A DNA stretch of 64,000 nucleotides from a bacterium (GCA_963674595.2 CAXXFV010000014.1:96001-160000); one strand, 5' to 3'; positions 30,701 through 39,785 are shown, counted from the stretch's first letter. Notes: generated by a model from the letters alone, not told the origin. Translations and numbers: made by a program.

Positions 30701-31272
30701 ATTCCCTCTTCAGCCAATTGTTTGGAAAAATGGTTTCCGTTTAGCCCGCCTCCCATAAAAACATACAGATTTTTTTCCTGCAATTCTCTGGCTATTTTAA
30801 CGGCAATTTCATTTGTCGGCGCTGCTCCGGTAATAGCGGCAAATCCGGGCGCTGTTCCATCGACAAATTCGATGCCTCTTTCACGCATAATCAAATCGCT
30901 TGCGGCACCCAGCCAAATATCATCAACCGGATGCGGACCGGTAATATACTTGCAGGCTTCAATAATTTCACAGGCAAACAAAGCCGCAACACCGGCATCC
31001 AGGGTACTTCCTAAATATGGCAGCCAGACTTTTTCAGATGGTCGTTCCGGCAATAGCTCTTTTGCACGTTTTAATATATCTCTCAGGTCCGCCAATGTTT
31101 CTGCTTTTTTACCGATAAATGAATAAATGACCGGCAAAAAATAAGCTGTATCCGGGAACCCGACTGCCTGGGATTCTCCTTTTATCTTAATCGCCTCATC
31201 AAGTTTCGATTCAGCGCGAGCAACCCATTCTACAGCACCGTCAATGGCGCTGCTGCATATCAGTTTAGACAT
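27772..31272 (-). CDS. acsB: Fusion of acetyl-CoA synthase (AcsB) and corrinoid Fe-S protein small subunit (AcsD)
   Basis: A-cluster motifs SCLLCQSFAPDHVC, LGLCGA and MTSCGCFE. After a charged linker come AcsD motifs LGATKAEGGTR, SPIDVNIAKQ and GYGIEYTYSVIERIRL. One uninterrupted 1166-aa ORF. Confidence 0.92.
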   Translation of the reverse strand: MSKLICSSAIDGAVEWVARAESKLDEAIKIKGESQAVGFPDTAYFLPVIYSFIGKKAETLADLRDILKRAKELLPERPSEKVWLPYLGSTLDAGVAALFACEIIEACKYITGPHPVDDIWLGAASDLIMRERGIEFVDGTAPGFAAITGAAPTNEIAVKIARELQEKNLYVFMGGGLNGNHFSKQLAEEGIQLGWETRLVPFGNDVSALIYALGFANRAALSFGGVKPGDFEKNLKYNKNRIFAFVLAFGTVTPDKYALAAGAINYGFPVIADTDIPQILPTGVCTYEHVVSQVPHDIIVEKALEVRGCKIKITKVPIPVSYGPAFEGERIRKNDVHAEFGGNKSQAFEFVTSVELDEINDGEIDIIGPDIDTIEPGTVLPLGIWVQVAGRKMQSDFEPILERQIHHLVNGAEGIWHMGQRDIVWTRVSRDAFAKGVRLKDYGEIIHAKFLSDYPAIVDKVKVTLITDQKVVEERIAIARKVYDERNRRLEAMTDDSVDTFYSCLLCQSFAPDHVCIITPERLGLCGAYNWLDGKAAFEIDETGPNQPVKKGDLVDPVKGIWKGVDEYVYTNSHKSVSSFCAYSIMDRPMTSCGCFEVICAYIPECNGIMAVNREYQGNTPVGMTFSSLAGSVGGGQQTPGFMGCGKVFLTSKKFLFAEGGHKRLVWMTKELKDLLADDLQKRFQEQDAADLMEKIADETISTEADAVRQYMEKVNHPALTMSDLSQISSSESPVETDKKEPVESIIITETKDVSEKEDEPMTPEQLAQLKQELKKEVSDELKSVMAKEIVREIISTLGEKFLGEERSITFKEPVKSEEKVEIVKEPELPAGPTAKERLSAVTAFTVPKESCEVPVWKVKLGATKAEGGTRGKTYQVGGQTCMPFHLWEGEMPNAPLVAMEVFDLVSEKFPPVLAGYYGDTLKNPAEMAKLCVEKFGADLISVRLEGTHPEKGNRTPEQAVQVVKEVLAAVDVPLIITGHSNFDRNNEVLKAVAQACAGENLLLNWVEQDNYRTIAGAAMAYGHSLVSQSPIDVNIAKQMNILLTNMDIKPEQIIMDPMTGAAGYGIEYTYSVIERIRLTGLNGDKMLAGPMIVAPGQECAKIKEVKAPESDFPAWGELAKRAAMWETATAINLLYAGADIMIMYNPDAVKAVKRTIAKLMDKKNQ

Positions 31273-33214
31273 CCAGTTCTCTCCTATCTTTCATATCATA
31301 CAGCTTGCGTTCCATCTTTTTGTTGATGCCCAGTTTTTCTCTGGCATTGTCAAGTAAGGTCATTATTTTATCAAAGGCAGCATCTGCTTCTTCACAAACA
31401 TGGAATGATCCGCCAAACAAATCTTTAGCATCTTGGTGTAAAAATTTGTCAACATTTTCCGATCCGGAAACATAAAAGGGATGCCCTAAAATAACGTCCA
31501 CACCGGAGGCGACAAAATAACAACCAATGGAAATTGCCTTTTCGCTCATCCATTCCGGAGCGACACCCACGGCCGGAATTAAGGAAAGATCATCTCCCAA
31601 ACCGCCTTCAAGAACAATTTCCGTACCCGCTTCCAGAATTCTTGAATTATCAACGCAGCTCCCCATATGCAGGACAGGCGGAATTCCGACGGCTTCACAA
31701 ACTTCACGCAATCCGCTACCAGCCTGTTCCAACGCCGTTTCAGGGGTCAATCTCCCCTGTTTTGCCGAAGCAATAGCAGCACAACCGGTTTTAAGGACCA
31801 GTACATTTTCTTTAATCAGTTTTTGAGTCAGAGTGTTAATGTAATCGTCCAGTTTTTCTTTCGGATTGTTACAACCGACAATTCCAACAACACCCTTTAT
31901 TCGGCCCTGAATAATAGCATCATTCAAAGGTCTAAAAGAGGCGCGGTAGCTGCCGCCCAGCATATATTTGATCGCATCAACACTAAATCCGGCAATAAGC
32001 GGTTTTGTTTCGGATGGTATGGCAACCTTTTTGGAATCACGATTTTTATAATTATCAATAGCGCGTTTTATCAGTTCTTTTGCGGATGATAATGCATCAT
32101 CTTCGTCAAAAACGTGATGGAACGCACCGGCGGTTTTGGCAATGGCCGATGTTGAAACAATTTGCGTATGATAAGCAGCGGCAACTTCCGGCAGACTGGG
32201 CATACAACATTGCACATCGATTACCATAACTTCAACAGCACCGGTAATAACAGCAAGCTCCTGCTGTAGAAAATTTCCGGCAACCGGAATACCATGCCGC
32301 ATCAATATTTCATTGGCGGTACAGCATATACCGGCCAGGGTTATACCTTTTGCACCGGCTTTTTTAGCATAATCCACAATATCCGGCGCACAGACAGCAA
32401 CAGCCAGCATTTCGGACAATTCCGGTTCGTGGCCGTGCACCACAATATTAACAGTATCTTCTTTTAAAACACCAAGGTTTGACTGGCTTTTAACCGGGGC
32501 CGGTGTTCCAAAAAGGATATCGGAAGCCATGGTGGCAATTCGTGAACCGCCCCATCCGTCAGCTAAAGAAGTGCGAAAAGCCTGGCGTAATATGCTCTGG
32601 TAGTCGTGATCAACACCCATGTGTGTACGGTGCATGGATTCGACAGCCATTCGGTCGATTCCCTGAGGAGCAACATCCTGATTTTTCCAAATACTTGACT
32701 GTTTTTCCGGCGCCAGGTTAAGAGTTTTTAACAGTTCTTCCTGTGATGTGAATTCCTGCAAAAATATATTGGCCAAATCAAGCGCAATTTCTGAATCACT
32801 GCGGTCGTCGGTTTCTATTTGATAGGCTTTGGCCGCTCTGTACAAGGCTTTTTTATCCTTAATTTCATAGCCGTTACCGTTTCCTTCGGCAACTTTTTTC
32901 AGGCGTAAAACAAGATGACGGCCATGGTCGGAATGGGCAGCGGCGCCGCCGACAACCTGACGTAAAAAATTTCGGGCAACGATTGTATCTGCATTGGCTC
33001 CACAGATACCGAGGGGCGACCTTGGTGTAATTCGGCAGGGTCCCATGTGACAAATTCGGCAGCAAACACCGGTCGTACCGAATTTGCAGGAATTTCGCTG
33101 AGTTTCAACCCGGGTAAAACAGGTTTCAATACAGTCGGTAGCAGCTTTTAATAACATTTCACTTGAGGCAGCATCGGAAACGCGTTCCTCAATTTTAATT
33201 GGTTCCTTTGGCAT
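31265..33214 (-). CDS. cooS: Anaerobic Ni-Fe carbon-monoxide dehydrogenase catalytic subunit
   Basis: CKFGTTGVCCRICHMGPC; AAHSDHGRH; HGHEP; GICCTANE; VGCNN; TGCA; GSCVDNSR; PEWMSEKA. Confidence 0.95.
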   Translation of the reverse strand: MPKEPIKIEERVSDAASSEMLLKAATDCIETCFTRVETQRNSCKFGTTGVCCRICHMGPCRITPRSPLGICGANADTIVARNFLRQVVGGAAAHSDHGRHLVLRLKKVAEGNGNGYEIKDKKALYRAAKAYQIETDDRSDSEIALDLANIFLQEFTSQEELLKTLNLAPEKQSSIWKNQDVAPQGIDRMAVESMHRTHMGVDHDYQSILRQAFRTSLADGWGGSRIATMASDILFGTPAPVKSQSNLGVLKEDTVNIVVHGHEPELSEMLAVAVCAPDIVDYAKKAGAKGITLAGICCTANEILMRHGIPVAGNFLQQELAVITGAVEVMVIDVQCCMPSLPEVAAAYHTQIVSTSAIAKTAGAFHHVFDEDDALSSAKELIKRAIDNYKNRDSKKVAIPSETKPLIAGFSVDAIKYMLGGSYRASFRPLNDAIIQGRIKGVVGIVGCNNPKEKLDDYINTLTQKLIKENVLVLKTGCAAIASAKQGRLTPETALEQAGSGLREVCEAVGIPPVLHMGSCVDNSRILEAGTEIVLEGGLGDDLSLIPAVGVAPEWMSEKAISIGCYFVASGVDVILGHPFYVSGSENVDKFLHQDAKDLFGGSFHVCEEADAAFDKIMTLLDNAREKLGINKKMERKLYDMKDRRELDV

Positions 33215-33290
33215 ATAGATTATTCTCCCATTGTTCAGGTGGAAAGCCGCAAGGTATATTTTTATATTCTATTTCTGTTTTCGATTATTT

Positions 33291-34052
33291 TCAAATTCCA
33301 ATATCCGCAATCATTTTTTTCAAAATTACTACAACGTCATTATTGTCAGGTAATGAAATAAAACTTTTTCCGTCTTCAGCATAATCAGCCAATTCAGAAT
33401 TTTCCGGCAGGGCAACAATAAAATCAGCATTGGTGATATTTTGTAAATCATTAATAAAACGTGGTTCTCTATCACTCCTCAACCGGTTGATAATAATAGC
33501 GAGCTTGTCGTATTCAACACCCATTTCATGGGTCAAATCAAACAAACGTTTTATCGTATCGACTCCCCTGGCAGACGGATCTGTAACCATCACCATCAAA
33601 TTCACTTTTTGCACAATACGTCTGGATAAATTTTCCAAACCAGCCTCATTGTCCAACACAACATAAGGATAGTTTGATGCAATTTCACCCAGCGCTGCTT
33701 TTAACACATTATTGGCATAACAATAACAACCCGGTCCTTCGGGGCGCCCCATGGTTATCAGATCAAAATCATCAGCCTCAACCAGGCTTTCGGATATTTT
33801 CAATTCCAGCAACTGCTGTTTGGAAATTCCGCTGGCCATTCCTTTACCGGCAATTTGCCGGGCTTCTTCACGGACTCCGCCAATTGTCACATCAGTATGG
33901 ACACCAAGTGCGGCATCCAGACAATTATTGGGATCAGCATCAACAGCAAGGACAGGTCTTTTATTGTTTCGTATCAACTGGGTCACCAATAAAGCAGCAC
34001 AGGTTGTTTTTCCCACACCACCTTTACCGGTAACGGCTATAATATAACTCAT
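33291..34052 (-). CDS. cooC: CooC/AcsF-type nickel-insertion ATPase
   Basis: GKGGVGKTT; VDADP; GPGCYCYAN; DNEAGLENLSRR. Confidence 0.9.
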   Translation of the reverse strand: MSYIIAVTGKGGVGKTTCAALLVTQLIRNNKRPVLAVDADPNNCLDAALGVHTDVTIGGVREEARQIAGKGMASGISKQQLLELKISESLVEADDFDLITMGRPEGPGCYCYANNVLKAALGEIASNYPYVVLDNEAGLENLSRRIVQKVNLMVMVTDPSARGVDTIKRLFDLTHEMGVEYDKLAIIINRLRSDREPRFINDLQNITNADFIVALPENSELADYAEDGKSFISLPDNNDVVVILKKMIADIGI

Positions 34053-34130
34053 TCTTCTCTTTTATTTTAAAATCAAAACATCAAAATTTATATAAAGGAC
34101 TATCTTGCTATCCTTTATAACACATAAAAA

Positions 34131-34904
34131 TTAATTTGTTAATATTTTTTCATAAAGTTCCTGAAAAACAGATTGCATTTCAGCATCGACATACTCTAAC
34201 GCAGACAATCCATCCCGGTCAGCTTTACGGATAGATTCAGAATAGGGTATAAAACCAAGGAATTCATGATTCGGCAGTGATTCTATAAGATAGTTTTTAT
34301 CTTCCTCGCTGGTTACTTTATTGGCAACAAAGCGGATATTTTTCAGGCCGATTTCCTGCGCCATACGCTGTACACGGAAAGCGCTGTCGATTGAACGTTT
34401 TCCCGGTTCAACCACAACAATCATGGTATCCACTCCGCGGGCTGTTGCCCGTCCCAAATGTTCAACACCAGCCTCCATGTCCAGCACCAGCGCGTCGTCT
34501 TTAAACAAAACAAGGTCGGTGACAAGCGCACGTAACAACACACTTTCAGGACAAGCGCATCCGCTTCCCCCCTGTTCAATAGCGCCGAGTACGAGCAAAG
34601 CAATTCCGTTATGCATGGTGGCATAGTTTTCAGCAATATCCGAAACTTCCGGATTTATCTTAAACATCTGCCCATACTGCTTTACTTTGGCGCCGGTCCG
34701 CTCTTCTATTAAGGCAATCTGCTCAGAGATAGGAATAATTTCTTTTTGTTTCTCTTCGGGAATTCCAAGAGCGGCGGCAAGGTTCGCATCCGGGTCTGCA
34801 TCAACAGCTAACACCCGTTTACCTTGTTTGGCCATCATAAGCGTTAAAGCGGCGGCAAGAGTAGACTTGCCGACACCGCCTTTACCGGAAATAGCAATTT
34901 TCAT
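34131..34904 (-). CDS. cooC: CooC nickel-insertion ATPase
   Basis: GKGGVGKST; GSGCACPE; DMEAGVEHLGR. Confidence 0.9.
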   Translation of the reverse strand: MKIAISGKGGVGKSTLAAALTLMMAKQGKRVLAVDADPDANLAAALGIPEEKQKEIIPISEQIALIEERTGAKVKQYGQMFKINPEVSDIAENYATMHNGIALLVLGAIEQGGSGCACPESVLLRALVTDLVLFKDDALVLDMEAGVEHLGRATARGVDTMIVVVEPGKRSIDSAFRVQRMAQEIGLKNIRFVANKVTSEEDKNYLIESLPNHEFLGFIPYSESIRKADRDGLSALEYVDAEMQSVFQELYEKILTN

Positions 34905-34916
34905 AATATCTTTCGT

Positions 34917-36005
34917 TTAAAAACCGTATTTTTGTTTCATGGCAGCAGACAATTGCTGCGTCATCTCAAATACCTTTTCAGCATCATCCGGTTCCATTGA
35001 TCCGGTACCGCAGGATGGTGTTACAAGGGCCTGCTCAATAATAAGCTGTTTATCAATACCCTTGGAAGCCAGGTGATCTATCATTTTTTCAAAATGATTG
35101 ACCATACTATCCAAAGTTTGTTCGCGGATGGCTGTAGAAGTCGGCACAACACCCCAGGCCAGGGCTCCGCCCCGTTCCAGGTGGGCTTTAACGGAATCTG
35201 CGTACATGGCAATGGTTTCGCCGTATTCAAAGGCATCAAAATTAACAATATCAACACCGGCATCGATCAGGATGCTCCATTCCGTATTACCGCAACAGTG
35301 AATAGCAGCCAACGCATTATCAGCGTGAACAGCTTCAATAACCTCAGCTAAATGGGCGACAACATCTTCCCGTTTTACGGAAACATAGGTAGAGCTGCCG
35401 AAAGCAGAAAGTATCGGTTCGTCTATGAAACAGATAATTTTTTCAGCAAAAGGTTGGAATTTCTGGATCTGCCAGCGGCATTTCATAGCCAGTGCTTTAA
35501 TCACAACATCACGAAACTCTTCATTATAATAGATAGCCCGTTTATTTTCGTCAACAATCGTCAAAGCAAAACTACAGGGGCCGGTTGTTTGTACTTTAAC
35601 AAATGGTAATTTTGTTCCCATTGATTGCAGTTTTTGCTCCAAAGCATAAACACCTTTGGAAAATTCATTACTGATCTGCATGGCAGAACAATCACCTGTC
35701 CCGTCATCAGGGTCCATGGCAAGCATATAAGCTTCGTAAAACTCGGCAAAAGCTTCGGAATAATCGCCGGAGGTATCGAAAAACATACGACCTTTTTCAC
35801 GGTCAATCTGAGCACAGGGCAATCCTTCGGAATATTGAATTTCCATTTGTTCATTCAAACCCAATTTGGGAAGCTGCGGCCAAAAAGGAGCCTGTGTTAA
35901 CTTGGAAACCGAAACATCGACGGCATGGTTAATATCTGTAAACGGCATACTGCCGATTCCGGTTGCTAAAAATTTTGGTTTAAAGGACATAACAGAATTC
36001 TCCAC
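34917..36005 (-). CDS. Core (folate-independent, MesB-like) methionine synthase, MetE C-terminal barrel only
   Basis: ATGIGSMP, FWPQLP, KVQTTGP, FIDEP; Zn-ligand-like HCCG...NFDA...TPSCG; 362 aa with no N-terminal MetE barrel. Confidence 0.75.
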   Translation of the reverse strand: MENSVMSFKPKFLATGIGSMPFTDINHAVDVSVSKLTQAPFWPQLPKLGLNEQMEIQYSEGLPCAQIDREKGRMFFDTSGDYSEAFAEFYEAYMLAMDPDDGTGDCSAMQISNEFSKGVYALEQKLQSMGTKLPFVKVQTTGPCSFALTIVDENKRAIYYNEEFRDVVIKALAMKCRWQIQKFQPFAEKIICFIDEPILSAFGSSTYVSVKREDVVAHLAEVIEAVHADNALAAIHCCGNTEWSILIDAGVDIVNFDAFEYGETIAMYADSVKAHLERGGALAWGVVPTSTAIREQTLDSMVNHFEKMIDHLASKGIDKQLIIEQALVTPSCGTGSMEPDDAEKVFEMTQQLSAAMKQKYGF

Positions 36006-36025
36006 ATTATTTTTGTATAAAAATA

Positions 36026-36916
36026 TTAAACATTATTAACGGCATCTTTAATTGCTCTGATATGAGCAGGTGTTGTTCCACAGCAGCCGCCAATAATTTT
36101 GGCACCGGCTTTAATAATTGCAGGTGTTAAAGCTGCCATTTGTTCAGGGCTGTCAGGGAAAACATCTTTTCCGCCTATATTTTGCGGTAAACCGGCATTT
36201 GCGTGAACAAGAATGGGAATGTCACCGATAACTGTTTTCATTTCAGTAACAATATCAATCATTCGTTCCAATCCGTTTCCACAGTTTGTACCAATAATAT
36301 GTGCGCCGGCTTCAATGGCGGCTTTAGCCGCATCTATTGGTGCAACACCCATCATTGACCGATATTCACCGGATACTGTTTTTTCAAGCGTAAACGTGCA
36401 AATAACTTCACAGTTTGTATTTTCACGCGCCGCACGGATGGCTAAACAGGCTTCATCAATGGCACTCATCGTTTCCACACAAATAGCATCTGCGCCGCCT
36501 TCTTCCAGGGCTATAACCTGCTCCTTAAAAGCGTTATACAAATCGTCTTCCGTTACATCACCCATAACCAGCATTTTACCGGTAGGGCCGACAGATGCAA
36601 TAACCCAGTTTACCTCACCAGCCGCTTTTCTGGAAATTTCAGCAGCAGCACGATTCAGTTCACTAACCCGGTCTGCTAATCCATAGTGTTCAAGTTTATA
36701 ACTTGTGCCGCCAAAACTGTTTGTTTCAATCATGTCACTACCGGCTGCTATATAACTTTTGGCAATATCCAATACATCATCCGGTCTGTCAATACACCAT
36801 AACTCGGGGCAATCACCCGGCTGCAAACCTTTGGCTTGAAGAAATGTACCCCATGCACCATCAGATATAAGAATTCTCCCCTCATTAATTGCGTCTACAA
36901 TTCGACCTCTGGTCAT
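36026..36916 (-). CDS. Stand-alone homocysteine S-methyltransferase domain (MetH N-terminal-like)
   Basis: SDGAWGT, ETNSFG, SVGPTG, GTNCGNG, ANAGLP, IIGGCCGTTP. Start at 36916 follows GGAGGAG. Confidence 0.9.
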   Translation of the reverse strand: MTRGRIVDAINEGRILISDGAWGTFLQAKGLQPGDCPELWCIDRPDDVLDIAKSYIAAGSDMIETNSFGGTSYKLEHYGLADRVSELNRAAAEISRKAAGEVNWVIASVGPTGKMLVMGDVTEDDLYNAFKEQVIALEEGGADAICVETMSAIDEACLAIRAARENTNCEVICTFTLEKTVSGEYRSMMGVAPIDAAKAAIEAGAHIIGTNCGNGLERMIDIVTEMKTVIGDIPILVHANAGLPQNIGGKDVFPDSPEQMAALTPAIIKAGAKIIGGCCGTTPAHIRAIKDAVNNV

Positions 36917-36944
36917 TTTAATCTCCTCCAATTTAGAATTCATG

Positions 36945-37994
36945 TTATGTATTTCGTATAACAAGTTCCGGCTGCAAAACATGCTGATTAAGAGTTATAT
37001 CATCTCCTTTTAAATGTCGATGAATAATTTCTGATGACAATGCAGCCATTTCACTGTAATGCGGATCAATTGATGTAATAGCAGGGGTAAAAAAACGGGC
37101 CACATCCGTATTCCCATAACTAACGAGTGAAATCTGGTCCTGCATTTTAAAACCCCATTCACCGAGTCTTCCTACGAGACGAACGGCGTCTATGTCATCA
37201 CAACAAAAAATACCTGATATCTGTTTTTCCTGAATAAACTCTTTGGTAACCAAACTTATATCTTTAATAAAATGACATTCGCGATTGTTGCCGTCCCGTT
37301 GAATAAAATTTTTAAAAGTCTCCTGCATAACTTCCTGAATCATATTTCTGCCAAGCCAGATATTATTTTTAATATAGGCAAGAGCCTTATTTGTTCCTTC
37401 CAATAAATATTGTACGGCACGACGGACACCCAAATCATAACTTTGAATCACATAGGGGAAATAAGAACCCACCATTGTATGATTTAAAAGAGTTACCAAT
37501 GTTTTACCGGTTTGCAGCCGTTTATAAAATAATGCGGTTTTGGATTCGTCAAAGGTGGGTACCATAATAACCGCTTCATATCGCGAATTAATCAAGGTAC
37601 CCACCAGACGAATTTCCTCCTCGTAATTGTTATAGTCTATAAATATTTCAACCTGACGACCAAGGGAATCGGCTTTTTGCCGTAAATAATGAATTAACTG
37701 TTCAGTCTGTGAAGAGAAAAATGGGACGATAACACCCCATATCTTTTTACAGGGGCCAAGATCAGCAATAAATGATCCCATACCGGGTTTTTGAACAATA
37801 AAACCTTCATCAGATAAAATTTTCAATACGGTTTTTGCCGTTTCTCGGGAAACTTTATGTTTGCTTTGAATTTCGTTAATGGAATCAATACGTGTTCCGG
37901 GAGGGATTTTCTGTGTCAGGATGGTGTTTTTATACTGCTCTACCAATTTCTGGTAGATAGGGACAAATTGAGATTTTTCGTTATCCCTTTTCAT
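36945..37994 (-). CDS. GntR-HTH / LacI-type effector-domain transcriptional regulator
   Basis: VSRETA..L.DEGFI...GMGSF HTH; C-terminal GIFCCDD..ISLVSYGN..PAITSID..PELVIR. Confidence 0.88.
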   Translation of the reverse strand: MKRDNEKSQFVPIYQKLVEQYKNTILTQKIPPGTRIDSINEIQSKHKVSRETAKTVLKILSDEGFIVQKPGMGSFIADLGPCKKIWGVIVPFFSSQTEQLIHYLRQKADSLGRQVEIFIDYNNYEEEIRLVGTLINSRYEAVIMVPTFDESKTALFYKRLQTGKTLVTLLNHTMVGSYFPYVIQSYDLGVRRAVQYLLEGTNKALAYIKNNIWLGRNMIQEVMQETFKNFIQRDGNNRECHFIKDISLVTKEFIQEKQISGIFCCDDIDAVRLVGRLGEWGFKMQDQISLVSYGNTDVARFFTPAITSIDPHYSEMAALSSEIIHRHLKGDDITLNQHVLQPELVIRNT

Positions 37995-38002
37995 AGTTGA
38001 AT

Positions 38003-38031
38003 ATAATAATAAATGAAAAACAAAAAAGCAA
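38003..38031 (-). promoter_or_regulatory. Putative sigma70 promoter giving a near-leaderless transcript
   Basis: TTGCTT-17 bp-TATTAT ends 8 nt before the ATG at 37994; no SD sequence. Confidence 0.45.
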
Positions 38032-38202
38032 GAAATAATCACATCACATCACATTAAATACAACCTTTCTATATGTTTGACTAATCACCCCGATAATAAT
38101 AATACCTACCTTTTTTAACATATTGAACTCGACAGCTTGCTTAATAAAAGTCAATTCCATAAATTTGGCTATAAAAAAATGTTATTTTAATACGGAATTG
38201 CC

Positions 38203-39177
38203 ATGGAATATATTAACTATTTTATCCTGATCCCGCTTGTAATATTAACAGCCATTCTAATTATTCAAAACCACAGGCTGACAAAATACATCAAACAACC
38301 AAAAGATACAAACTGGGATGTGTTATTAAACAGCCAGCAAAACCTGGAACAAAATATTCAAAACATCTCCCTTAACCTGCAAAATCAAATGCAACATACA
38401 CAGCAGACGATTAATACAAGACTCGACAAGTCAACTGATTTGATGAGGCTTTTAAACCAGGACCTCGGCCATATTCATGAAATTGGCGAACAAATTCGTG
38501 ACTTTCACAATATATTACATGCTCCCAAATTAAGAGGCATCATGGGAGAAAAAATATTACAGGATATGCTTTATCAAGTTCTTCCAAGAGAACAATTAAA
38601 GTTTCAGTACCGGTTTTCTAACGGCCAAAGAGTAGATGTGCTGATATTAACAGATAAAGGCGGTATTCCCGTTGATGCCAAATTCCCCATTGAAAATTTT
38701 AAAAAAGCAGAAAGTGCCGACTCGAAAGAGCATGAGTTAATTTTTCAAAAAAGATTTATTCGTGATGTTAAAACGCATATCGAAACAGTCAGCAGAAAAT
38801 ACATCCTGCCGGAAGAAAACACAACAGACTTTGCCGTTATATACATCCCTGCCGAAGCAATATACCTTCATGTTCAAAAATATCAGTCAGTTTTTAAATT
38901 TGCACAAGCCAAAAATGTATTTATTACATCGCCAAATACATTTTATTTTTTCCTTCAGACTTTGTTGTTCGGCATGGAGAGCCTGAAAGTAGAAAAAAAT
39001 TCTCAAAAAATTATTCAAACTTTAAAAACACTGACCCACGATTTTCAGTTCCTGGTAAAAGATTTAAATACATTTTTAAATCATCTTACCAATACAAAAA
39101 ACGCGGCAGACCGCTTTCAAACATCGTTTTATGATTTTCATAAAAAATTGGGGAATATTAATAAGGAAGGATTTTAA
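38203..39177 (+). CDS. rmuC: DNA recombination protein RmuC family
   Basis: PKLRGIMGE, VDAKFP, KYILP..TTDFAVIYIPAEAIY, TSPNT. Confidence 0.88.
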   Translation: MEYINYFILIPLVILTAILIIQNHRLTKYIKQPKDTNWDVLLNSQQNLEQNIQNISLNLQNQMQHTQQTINTRLDKSTDLMRLLNQDLGHIHEIGEQIRDFHNILHAPKLRGIMGEKILQDMLYQVLPREQLKFQYRFSNGQRVDVLILTDKGGIPVDAKFPIENFKKAESADSKEHELIFQKRFIRDVKTHIETVSRKYILPEENTTDFAVIYIPAEAIYLHVQKYQSVFKFAQAKNVFITSPNTFYFFLQTLLFGMESLKVEKNSQKIIQTLKTLTHDFQFLVKDLNTFLNHLTNTKNAADRFQTSFYDFHKKLGNINKEGF

Positions 39178-39184
39178 ATCAAAT

Positions 39185-39598
39185 TTACCGAAACATGGCT
39201 TTTATACTGCCCCATGTATGGCGGGTGCTGGATATCTGGGGAGAAACCGTCAAAATATTATCATAAGGAATTGCCTGGTCTGTTGTTGTAATAATATCCA
39301 GTTTATAATAATAAGACCGGCCATTGGACTTGAAAACCGTATCATCAATAAACTTGTAGGTTTTTTCAAAAGATTGAGCAGCATCAACCTCGATAAATTT
39401 TACTTCGGTATAATTTATATTATCGAAACTTCGGTATAATTTATAACCTTTAACATCAGACTCGGCACTGACATACCATTTTAATTCAACCTTATCGACA
39501 CCGGTTTCAGCATTAAATCGGGTAATAACAGCTCCGGCATGCGACTGTGAATAAATAAAAATAATTGCAAAAATTGTAATAATTGATTTAATTTTCAT
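39185..39598 (-). CDS. Small secreted Ig/FN3-like protein with C-terminal TWGSIKAMFR motif
   Basis: Signal peptide; VELKW..E.DVKGYKLYRS..Y.FID..YYYKL; terminal TWGSIKAMFR. Confidence 0.75.
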   Translation of the reverse strand: MKIKSIITIFAIIFIYSQSHAGAVITRFNAETGVDKVELKWYVSAESDVKGYKLYRSFDNINYTEVKFIEVDAAQSFEKTYKFIDDTVFKSNGRSYYYKLDIITTTDQAIPYDNILTVSPQISSTRHTWGSIKAMFR

Positions 39599-39785
39599 AA
39601 GTTTCCTATTTAACCATTGTACTAAATTTACTAATTATATTAAAAAAGTCAAGTATTTTTATAAGTTAAGATGTTAAAAAATTTCAAAATTCCTTGTTGA
39701 CATTTGCATTTTTTTTTCTAAATTTTAGAAAAACAATTTGTAGTTTGCCAAGACAATTTGTCTTGAATATCACGGAGAGTAAATC

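Noticed and set aside
33291-34904. Two adjacent cooC paralogs as a novelty
   Set aside because: Paired CooC/AcsF ATPases for CODH and ACS maturation are usual in acs clusters.
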